The notes beneath the pieces are model-generated. The model was not told the origin of the DNA, searched no databases, and saw only the letters and a program-made list of their open reading frames with translations. The position numbers and the translations under genes were made by a program. A DNA stretch of 64,000 nt, taken from NCBI GenBank assembly GCA_964549685.1, contig CAZJVE010000001.1, positions 19,706 through 83,705 of the forward strand. Direction: 5' to 3'. The stretch comes from an uncultured archaeon (GTDB taxonomy: Archaea > Altiarchaeota > Altiarchaeia > IMC4 > QMZM01). This document shows, one piece after another, positions 1 through 8,900 of this stretch; position 1 is the stretch's first letter; each line of letters opens with the position of its first letter.

Positions 1-600
1 CGCTACCTCGACATATGCACGGATTACTGTTTCCATGGATGCGGGTAACTCCAGGGTCCTTGTCAGGTTGCCCTGGCCAACAAAGCCCCCGAAATAGATA
101 TAGGCAGAGGTCTCCTTTGCTCTTATGTTTGTAAGGAAGGACCTTGCAATATGGCCCACAGTAGGAAGGCCTGCCGCATAGCCGACAAGAAGTCTCGATG
201 CATAGGTTTGTGTCAGGGAGTCAGATTCTCTGATTCTGTTTGATGTGTTGTCCAAATCGGAATCGTAGATGACTACGTCATCTATTGTAACTCTGTATCC
301 TATGTTTGACGGAATAAGCTGCTCCATGTACTCCTTGGTTATGTTTGTGGCATTCTCAAAGTGAGTTGAATTGGTACTTCCGTTGGAGGTGGCCCATTCG
401 GTTCCGATATCGTCGAGAACCCCCTGCTTGTTAAGGACGTCGAGAATGTCCTCGGAGACGTAGTGCAGGTTCTTATAGGCAACGATGGATGTCTGGGACA
501 TCTTCGGCTGATAGAGGTGCACTATGAGCATGCCTATCAGCAGGATGAATGTCAGTGCCGCTATCGAGTCCAGCAGCATCGCGTATCCTTTTTTATTCAT
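1..600 (-). CDS. Pilin-like/surface protein with class III-type signal peptide (3' end runs off the window)
   Basis: Not in ORF track. Manual translation from ATG at 600 gives MNKKGYAMLLDSIAALTFILLIGMLIV..., open to base 1. It has a KKG + hydrophobic N-terminus and starts 1 nt after the stop of the upstream gene. Confidence 0.75.
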   Translation of the reverse strand, partial: MNKKGYAMLLDSIAALTFILLIGMLIVHLYQPKMSQTSIVAYKNLHYVSEDILDVLNKQGVLDDIGTEWATSNGSTNSTHFENATNITKEYMEQLIPSNIGYRVTIDDVVIYDSDLDNTSNRIRESDSLTQTYASRLLVGYAAGLPTVGHIARSFLTNIRAKETSAYIYFGGFVGQGNLTRTLELPASMETVIRAYVEVA

Positions 601-601
601 T

Positions 602-2395
602 TTATGCTCCAACAACCTGTATGTCATCTACATAAAAACGGTCTCCGGTACTTGACATTTCTGCATCGAAGGCTATCCAGAACTCGCTGGTCATTGAATA
701 GGCCGAAAGGTCTATATCGAAATAATGATATTCATCGTCGTCATCGCCATTAACCCACGTATGGACGGTATACCAGTCCACGTCGTTTGGACTTACTCTA
801 GCGTATGCTTCCTCACCCGACTCAAATGAGGCTGCTTTGGCCCAGAACAGTAGTCTTGCATTTGTCCTGCCATTCAGATTCACTGCCCGCTTTATGTAAC
901 CTGTATTGATTCTTAACCTCACGTGATATGAGCCGGCATGTTCTCCTGATGTATCCACACTGGAATCTCCGGAATGAGACCAGCTGTTTGTCCATCCAGA
1001 GCCACCCGACCATCCACCGCTTTCCCAGTCTTCCTCTGCAATGGTATCTATCGCGGTCGCACCCAGACAGTTAACTGATACCGCTCCGATGGCCCAGTGG
1101 TCAGATGACTCCAGAGTCCAAGTCATATTCACCAATGTCGCACCGGATTCGGTGCTGCCGGCACCAATCACTCTGCCACCGTCGGCACTCAGCTGCCAGC
1201 GCTGGGTTTGTCCACTACCCACCGTATATGAATCACAGGTTTCACAGCAGACGGTGTCAAACACAAGGTTGTCAGTTGCTGATGAAACTGCTACACTCGC
1301 TATACTTCCATCATCTTCATTAAAGTTATAAGACCCCAGTGGATTGCTTTGATTTACCCCCATAAAGGTTTCCACCCCAGCAGTTGCACCATCTCTCATT
1401 TCTTCATTCAGATTGACCACTACGTTGTGGGTGCCGGTATCCGGAGCGGTCAGGCTCCAGATCTCCACCCGGGAGTCGTCGGAGTTCTGTATATTTCCAA
1501 GCTTAGTGAGGTCGACATTATTGTATTTGACCGATGTGACATATTCCCAGTCGTTGTTATTGATTGAAACCCCTACAAGCATTAAGCGGTTGGCTCCGGA
1601 GGTTGTGTGTGAGATGGTTATAGTGTCTCCGTTGTCTGTTTTACCCGACGATGAGCTGTCCACCCCACAGCCTCCGATAGTAGTGGTAGTCGAGGTTGTG
1701 GATGTCGAGGTTGTTGATGTTGAGGTTGTTGTACTTGTTGTTGTGCTTGTGGATGTTGTGGTGGATACCGAGGTCGTTGATGATGAGGTTGTGGATGTCG
1801 AGGTAGTTGAAGATGTGCTCGTCACAGTGGTTGTACTGGGCAGGGTTGCCGTAATGCTTGGCTCTCCGCGCCATAGGCTGAGTTTGATGATGACGATTTC
1901 GTTGTCAAGGAGACCGGTTCTCTGGACGGTTATCATGGTAGTCTCATTGACTGCGCTTTTTCCGGTTGAGCAGAGGGTGTCATTGATGCTTATCGTGGTT
2001 CCGTTGATATCCGTCAGGTTGAAGTAGAAGTCATACTTTCCGATGCCGAGGAGCCATTTGTTGTTCTCGTAGTTTGAGTTTGATGAATTCATCAGGATAA
2101 CGAAATTCAGGACCTTGTCGGGATTGAGAATCCTGCTCTCATCTACCAGGCCTATCGATTCTACATTGGATAGAGACCAGTCCGCGGGAATTCCCCGGGT
2201 CCTGAGGAGCTTCTCCGCCGATTCAACCGCCTTATCCTCTATCTCATAGCGGTTCTTCGACTCTATTATATCTGCTGTTGTTGTGTTCCAGAGGTAGAAG
2301 GCAAGGACCAGGACGAGAGAGAATATCAGATAGGCCAATAAAAATTCGGTGCTGAAGGCCTGGCCCTTTTTCCTACTGGACCTGAATGGTTCCAT
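602..2395 (-). CDS. Class III signal peptide surface protein with Thr/Ser-rich linker and C-terminal beta-rich (adhesin/lectin-like) domains
   Basis: The likely start is M14 of the 610-aa ORF (MEPFRSSRKKGQAFSTEFLLAYLIF...). KKG-Q is followed by a hydrophobic helix, a ~55-aa T/S linker and a Trp/Gly/Ser-rich C-terminal region. Confidence 0.7.
   Translation of the reverse strand: MEPFRSSRKKGQAFSTEFLLAYLIFSLVLVLAFYLWNTTTADIIESKNRYEIEDKAVESAEKLLRTRGIPADWSLSNVESIGLVDESRILNPDKVLNFVILMNSSNSNYENNKWLLGIGKYDFYFNLTDINGTTISINDTLCSTGKSAVNETTMITVQRTGLLDNEIVIIKLSLWRGEPSITATLPSTTTVTSTSSTTSTSTTSSSTTSVSTTTSTSTTTSTTTSTSTTSTSTTSTTTTIGGCGVDSSSSGKTDNGDTITISHTTSGANRLMLVGVSINNNDWEYVTSVKYNNVDLTKLGNIQNSDDSRVEIWSLTAPDTGTHNVVVNLNEEMRDGATAGVETFMGVNQSNPLGSYNFNEDDGSIASVAVSSATDNLVFDTVCCETCDSYTVGSGQTQRWQLSADGGRVIGAGSTESGATLVNMTWTLESSDHWAIGAVSVNCLGATAIDTIAEEDWESGGWSGGSGWTNSWSHSGDSSVDTSGEHAGSYHVRLRINTGYIKRAVNLNGRTNARLLFWAKAASFESGEEAYARVSPNDVDWYTVHTWVNGDDDDEYHYFDIDLSAYSMTSEFWIAFDAEMSSTGDRFYVDDIQVVGA
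1680..1840 (-). repeat. Low-complexity Thr/Ser linker-coding repeat
   Basis: Degenerate gaggttgtg/gatgtc repeats encode STTTVTSTSSTTSTSTTSSSTTSVSTTTSTSTTT... Confidence 0.85.
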
Positions 2396-3092
2396 TGTAG
2401 ACATTGTTTGATTCGATGCTTTCGTTAATCTCATCGTTATAATCCACGGATACCTTGACTATGTAATCCCCGGGTAAGGAGGGCATGGTCAGCTCTGCCA
2501 TGGCGGTGGTTTTTTCGTCGCTTCGAAGTTCCGAGATATTGACATTGGTATTGTTGACCCTTACCGTGAAGCTGCCGGCATCAATAACTCCAAAATTCTC
2601 GACGTCTATGCTGACGTTTAATGTTTCATTGGCCCCTGCCGTCAGGGGCCTGAACGAGTCCGGTAATGGCGTTAATTCCGGCCTGTTGCAGAGGATTAGA
2701 ATCCTGCCATCCTCATTGAGGACCTTGTTCTTCGCGTCAAGGCCCTTGTCCAGGCAGTGAATCGTGACATTGGATGTTATAATCTGCTCAATCCATGAGA
2801 ACTGATACCAGGTTATGCCGACAAAATTCTTTGAAATGGTTATGTTATACTCGTGGCCGCCCTGAACCTTTTGCGGGATACTGAAATAGAGATAGTATGA
2901 GGGGCCCTGCTCCGCAATCGTATTGATGTTTGTTGCAACGCTCCTGCATATCCTCTTGCCGTCCATCACCATCTTCAGCTCGTTGCTTTCTATTAGCTTG
3001 AGCTGATAGGAAAAGAGGAGTATGATGAATATTAGCATGATGAACGCTATTGCCATGACCATCTCCAGAGCCGACTGGCCGGCGGAATCCAT
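2373..3092 (-). CDS. Class III signal peptide (type IV pilin-like) protein with C-terminal CARDB-like domain
   Basis: N-terminus AG/QSALE (Q+1, E+5) plus a hydrophobic helix. The C-terminal VENFG...VDYNDEINESIESNN matches the CARDB pattern. Confidence 0.75.
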   Translation of the reverse strand: MDSAGQSALEMVMAIAFIMLIFIILLFSYQLKLIESNELKMVMDGKRICRSVATNINTIAEQGPSYYLYFSIPQKVQGGHEYNITISKNFVGITWYQFSWIEQIITSNVTIHCLDKGLDAKNKVLNEDGRILILCNRPELTPLPDSFRPLTAGANETLNVSIDVENFGVIDAGSFTVRVNNTNVNISELRSDEKTTAMAELTMPSLPGDYIVKVSVDYNDEINESIESNNVYNGTIQVQ

Positions 3093-3133
3093 GATTAACT
3101 ATTTGCTGCAGAATTATATATCCCTGTGAGTTC

Positions 3134-5938
3134 TCAGCTGTAGGGGTGCCTTCTCGACGTCGTGAAATTCTCGGGGTAGTTTATCTTGTAGGCCCTGACA
3201 TAGCCATAGAAGGATTTGTCACCCGTGTCTCCAAGGAAGCCGTCAACCAGCTCGAAGTGCTCCAGTTTATGAACGCTGGGGTCAACAAGCCCTGCCTGCC
3301 TGTAGGCCTCCATGTGGTCTCCCAGATAGAGGGCAGTCATCATGTAGCGGTTAAATTTTTCAGGGACATAGATTAGCGTGGTGAATGTTGGGAAGTTTAT
3401 GTACTGCCCAGGATTCTCCCGGTAGTTCAGCGCATTGCCCAAGACATTCGCAAGGGACTGTACGCCCAGGATTGAGCCTCTTTTGCTCTCTCTCCATGCC
3501 TCCCAGGAAACCGGGTTGTCTGCAACCAGTGCTCCGTCCCGGCTCACTACCGGAGTGACCTTTACGCTGGAAACCGTGCCGCCCTTTATCTCGAATATTA
3601 TCGCCCCGATATAGTCCTCCGGGGCCCCTCCGATGGTGCAGCCGAATACGATTGTTCTGACGCTCTCGAGCCGTCCATCATCGTTGGGTATCAGTTGCGG
3701 CTGGAGTATACTATTTTGCGGGGAAAACCCGCACTGGGCATAGGACTCGTACTCGCCTATCCTGTTCGGGTCGTCAAGCGGGGCGGTAACGTTCGACGTG
3801 GCTATAAAATGAGGGGCACCGCTCTTCCCTATCATCGTCCAGTCGATAACGACATGAGTAGCATTATAGACCTTGGCAATATCCAGTGCCTCTGACTCAT
3901 CCTCAATCAGAACATGGAACTGGGCAATATCCTGTACCATCAGGTTGCCGGCCTTCAGGTTGTCCAGTATGCTGGTTTTCCCTGAGACTGCCGCTATCCA
4001 GTGGCCGTAGTCCCACCATGTGAGTATTGTCGTATCCTCCGGGAGCGTGCCTATCCACTCCAGGGCTGGGTCCCAGTATATCCTGTCGGGGCTGGCACCC
4101 ATGTGCATTACGGACCTCCCACCAAAAGCGCTGAATAGGAAGGTATCGTCAATGCCCTGTCCGATGAAGGGCAGGAGAAGCGGCAGAGTCAGTATTAAGA
4201 ATGTCGGAATTATCCTAAGGCTTTCCATGTCCTTTTTCGTCAGTATGAGAATCAGCCCGATGGTGGAGCCAAGGGCAACTATTGGAACGCTTGCCGTGAA
4301 CTGGTACTGGGACTTATTGAAAACACCCCATATCATCGGCAGTGCAAGGGCAAGAACGAACACCGAGCCAAAGCTCCTCTTCTTTATTATGAAATATCCC
4401 AGGATTGGAATCATCGCAAACCCGAGGTATGATGCAATTCCGAAGGCAAAATAGAATCTGCGCAGGCATCCGGAATCCCATTCGTTACACAGGGGATTCT
4501 GCTCGGCGGTGGTTTTACCTATGATATCCTCGACCTTGGCCCCTCTGATGGTGCGGATTACATAATCAACCATGTTCACCGGGTCCATGAAGAATACGAA
4601 GAGGAGGATGGATGAGACAAGGATTACTGCTGAAATAGGCAATACATTCCTCTGGATGTAGTTCTCAACCCTGTATTCTATGCTATTGCCCTCGACCTCA
4701 ATCCTGCCGTGGAGGCGAATCCTTATGAATTCCAGGGCAAAGGATATGAAAATCGTAGCGGCGAATGGCAGCAGGACTATTGGGTCCGGGAACGAGAACC
4801 TCGGCAATGAACCGGCAGAATGGAGTATTAACGGATGGAGCTGGCTCATGAACATCGGGATTAGGACATATGGAAGATGTTCAACGCAGTTCCTTTTATG
4901 TATGAAGGAAACGACTGCGTAGAGGGATGCGAAGACGCCGAGGATTACAAATGCGTAGGTGTAGCCGGTCCATGCGAGGTTCAGCATAAGGAAGGAAAAC
5001 CCGGCCAGGATGGAATACAGGAAGCTCTTTCTTCTAAACGATATGACGAATAGCAGGAACGAAGAGACCATCAGGAACATTCCTAATGCATCGTCTTCAC
5101 AATTGCTTGCTATGGCCTTTGTTGCAAACGCCGGGTTGAAGATTAGTATGAATGCTGCAAGAAGCGCGGCCATGTAGTTGTAGGGTTTGTGCTCCACGAA
5201 GAGGTCCCTGATAAGGAGGTATATCAGCAGAACCGTAAATGCAGCAAAGACGCCGGGATATATCATGGCAACGTCATGGGTCGTAATGCCCAGTGGTTTC
5301 AGTACTAATGTTACTGAAGCCATGAGGACAGAAACGAACATTTTAAACCCTGAAAAATCCGGCCTGTGCCCGGGATAATTCAGATTCTCTGTCTCAAGTA
5401 TCTTGCCGTCATTGACTATATTGCCTGCATGCCTGTAGTAGAGATAGGGGTCCAGGGCCGACAGGAACTTTCCTGTGGATTCAAACCCCTGCTCGTTGAT
5501 TGTAAGCGCGGGGGCAAGGTGTATCAGAAGAGCTGACAGGAAGAGGGTGAATATGACCGAGTGTCTGAACTTTAAAATGCTATGAAGGAACAGCGAGTAG
5601 AAGAGGATTGCCAGACCGAACATCACGGAGAATACGTAGTAGTCCCTCGCATTGACTCCTCCTGCCTCGTAGTATTTCATGACGAAGAGGGACATCAATG
5701 CAATCAGCAGCGGAATTCCAAGGAGGCGGTAGTTCCCCTTCTCTGCCCTGAAATGGAGATAGATGAAGTAGAGCGATGCCAGGAGGAGAAACGCTATGAG
5801 GATTAAAACCATGTTGGACGTGGGGCCGCTGAACAATGGAAGTAAGAGTGAGACTACAAACGCTACTATCGACGTTATAAAGAGCGGCTCCTCAAAATGC
5901 TCCAGCAGGCTTCTCTCTTGCTTATTTTCTTCAGGCAT
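3134..5938 (-). CDS. aglB: Oligosaccharyltransferase AglB (STT3 family)
   Basis: Multiple TM helices, LDPY motif, EDD, TTAEQ, WWDYG signature and DxxxxxK motif (DWTMIGK). Confidence 0.95.
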   Translation of the reverse strand: MPEENKQERSLLEHFEEPLFITSIVAFVVSLLLPLFSGPTSNMVLILIAFLLLASLYFIYLHFRAEKGNYRLLGIPLLIALMSLFVMKYYEAGGVNARDYYVFSVMFGLAILFYSLFLHSILKFRHSVIFTLFLSALLIHLAPALTINEQGFESTGKFLSALDPYLYYRHAGNIVNDGKILETENLNYPGHRPDFSGFKMFVSVLMASVTLVLKPLGITTHDVAMIYPGVFAAFTVLLIYLLIRDLFVEHKPYNYMAALLAAFILIFNPAFATKAIASNCEDDALGMFLMVSSFLLFVISFRRKSFLYSILAGFSFLMLNLAWTGYTYAFVILGVFASLYAVVSFIHKRNCVEHLPYVLIPMFMSQLHPLILHSAGSLPRFSFPDPIVLLPFAATIFISFALEFIRIRLHGRIEVEGNSIEYRVENYIQRNVLPISAVILVSSILLFVFFMDPVNMVDYVIRTIRGAKVEDIIGKTTAEQNPLCNEWDSGCLRRFYFAFGIASYLGFAMIPILGYFIIKKRSFGSVFVLALALPMIWGVFNKSQYQFTASVPIVALGSTIGLILILTKKDMESLRIIPTFLILTLPLLLPFIGQGIDDTFLFSAFGGRSVMHMGASPDRIYWDPALEWIGTLPEDTTILTWWDYGHWIAAVSGKTSILDNLKAGNLMVQDIAQFHVLIEDESEALDIAKVYNATHVVIDWTMIGKSGAPHFIATSNVTAPLDDPNRIGEYESYAQCGFSPQNSILQPQLIPNDDGRLESVRTIVFGCTIGGAPEDYIGAIIFEIKGGTVSSVKVTPVVSRDGALVADNPVSWEAWRESKRGSILGVQSLANVLGNALNYRENPGQYINFPTFTTLIYVPEKFNRYMMTALYLGDHMEAYRQAGLVDPSVHKLEHFELVDGFLGDTGDKSFYGYVRAYKINYPENFTTSRRHPYS

Positions 5939-5972
5939 GTTTATCTATCGCATCGAGGATATAAAATTCCCC

Positions 5973-8900
5973 TCAGTTGCAGTTCATCTCCGACTGCCCA
6001 TCCCAGGTGCCGGTCATCGTGCAGGTGCCTGAAGTGCCTTGTATGGAAGCGGTCATTGCTATGGGAGCAGGGCCATAGAGAATCATGCAGATTGGGTCTC
6101 CCGCAAGGCTTTTATTCAGATAGTCGCACCAGAAGTATTTCAGGCCCGTTGTGATGATAACAGCCAGGACAGCAAAGAGTACGAGCCACATGGCAAGCGA
6201 TATTAGGGCAGCAATGAGACCGCCCTTGACAAGTGCTATCAGTATGTGAATAGCTATCATGGCGATGAAGCCCACGCCTATCCAGGTCGCGATGGTTTCC
6301 ATCTTTCTTCCAACCATTACGTAGAAGGGGTTGTTCTCGTTGTCGCCCATAACCTCAAGCTTCGTTCCAACATCCTCCAAGATAATCTGGACTACTCCAA
6401 TGCCGACCATTGCAACCCCGCTTGCCTTGCCCAGCGTTGCGAGCCTGTCCTTCCCGAGCTTGCCGAGTTTCTCATGCGTCCACTCCATGACCTCATACAC
6501 CCTCTTGTAGTACTTCGACTGGTGCCACTTTGTCCTGACGTTGTCGGTGAAGTCGATGAAGGTCTCCAGCTTGCTCTTGAGTGAGTTTTTCTTCTCCGCA
6601 ATCTTTTCTGCCCAAGTGGCCTTCTTCTCCTCTGGAAGCGCGTCGAAGTCCTCCTTGGCCTTGAGCAATTCCTGTCCTACTTTCTCATAGAGGGAGGTCG
6701 CATCCTCTGTCATATCCATGCGGCCCTTCATAAGGTCGTCCATAACTTCATGTACCTTTATTCTTACGACATCATCCTCCAGGGCACCCAGGTCTTTTGC
6801 TACTGCTAGCACCTCCTTCGCCTTGGTGAGCGTCTCCTTGATGCCCTGGATGTCCTCCTCAAGACCGGCAAGGTCGTCCGGAACAAGTACGGCATCGGCT
6901 TGTATCTCGGCCTTGAAGGCATTTACCTTCGTTTCCACATCGATTGCCTTTGCCTCGTCCAGCTCCTTGATGGCAGTACTCAGCAAGACCCTGTAACGTT
7001 CCATTGATTCGCTATATTCTAGGTATCTACGAGCGGAGTCAAGTATCTTCGCCCTGGATTGGGGCTTTAGTGCATCAACTATCGGATGATATTTCTCATA
7101 GAGCGGCTTGAAGTCCTTCGCGCCGTCGAATTCCGCCTTGAATTCGGCATACATCTGGTCCCTGAGCTCAAATGAATCCACGGTATATGCTGCCTCTACG
7201 AGCCGCTTGGATGCCTTTTCAAAATCATTCACAAATGCCCAGTCCTCTGCCTGTTCCATCAAATACCCGTGCCTTATTTCAGTGCGCACGGCCGATTTCA
7301 GTGCCTCGATGCGGGACGTTATATCATCAATCTGCTCCTGGTCGCCAACGAAGGTCATGTCCTCAGGGTAGGACTCCTTTATCCTGGTGGGGTCAAAGAC
7401 CTCGTCCTTGGTTTCTCCGATGCGGTCGAGGTTTATTATTACTTCCTCTCCTCCTTCCCTGACTTTCACAGCGAAGTCATACCCTTGGTCGGGGTCCCCG
7501 GGCAAGACCTCAAAATCACGTTTGGTGAATTCCTCAACGAGCCGGGCAAGGAATTCGTTATCACTAACATCAATAGCGAACATATCTATATCTTTAGGAT
7601 ACTTCCAGTTTATCTTCTCTGGGGATTCGTAGAGGTACTGTGTGCTTCCCTTTATCCCTACGGCGCCCTCCTCTCCGGTTGTCTCCTGGGCCACCTTCAA
7701 TGCCTCGTGGATGATGTCCAGGAGATTATGTACTCTTTGTTCGGGCGGAAGTTCGGTTTTGGTGTTCTCGATTAGGTATGCGTCCTTGGTCGTGTGGGCC
7801 TTGCTGAGCTTGTAGCATAACCCGCTCAATTTCAGTGCCTCAACCGTTGGTAGCCATTTCTCATACAGCGACTGGAAGTCCTTTGCTCCGTCGAATTCCG
7901 TTACGAATTCGGCATATATTCCGTCCCTGACCCCGTAGTCATCGAGAACCACTGCTGCGTTCGCAAGCCGCCTGCATGCCTTTTCATAGTCGTTCTTATA
8001 TGCCAGGTCTTTCGCCGATTTAAGGATTATCTCATATCTTGCCTTAACGCGCTCGGTAGATTTCAGCTCCTCGATGGCAGTTTGCAGGCTCTCAAGCCGC
8101 TCCTTGTCAGCCACAAGGGTCATGCCCTCGGCATAATAATCCTTTATAAGAGCCGGGTCAAGGACATACTTCTGGGATTGTCCGAGATAGTCGAGACCCA
8201 GCATCTTTGTCTCCCCGTTCACCCTTACCTCTACGGCATATCCACTTGGATGCATGATAAAGCCTCGCCCTTCTAATGAATTCACAAGCTCGGTATAGAA
8301 CTTGTTGGGGCTCGCATCAATCACGACCATGTCTATGTCCGATATATACTTCCAGTTTATCTTGCTGGTGGATTCATAAAATGATGTGGCACTCCCCCTT
8401 ATTGCTACGGCGCCCTCCTCTCCGGTCTTCTTCAATGCCTCGTATATGATGTCCAGCATGTTATGCTTCTGCCCGGCGGTATTCTCGATTAGGTATGCGT
8501 CCTTGGTCGTGTAGGCCTTGCTGAGCTTGTAGCATAACCCGCTCAATTTCAGTGCCTCAACCGTTGGTAGCCATTTCTCATACAGCGACTGGAAGTCCTT
8601 TGCTCCGTCGAATTCCGTTACGAATTCGGCATACATCTGGTCCCTGACTTCATAATTATCCATGACCCATACTGCCTCTACGAGTCGCCGGTATGCGTGT
8701 TCATAGTCGGCATAGTCGGAGACAATATTCTTGGCACGTTCAACACGCACATCGCGCATGCTTTCTTTTGTTTCGGCACTTAGCTCCATCGCCTCAAGAC
8801 TTTCGATTAGCGAATCTATCTCTTTGCTATCCCCTATAAAGGTCATTCCATGGGGGTCATATTCAGTATAGTCAGCAAATACCCAGTCCATCGGGGGGCT

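Noticed and set aside
1413-2027. 204-aa Val-rich plus-strand ORF
   Set aside because: Antisense shadow of the Thr/Ser linker of the minus-strand gene.
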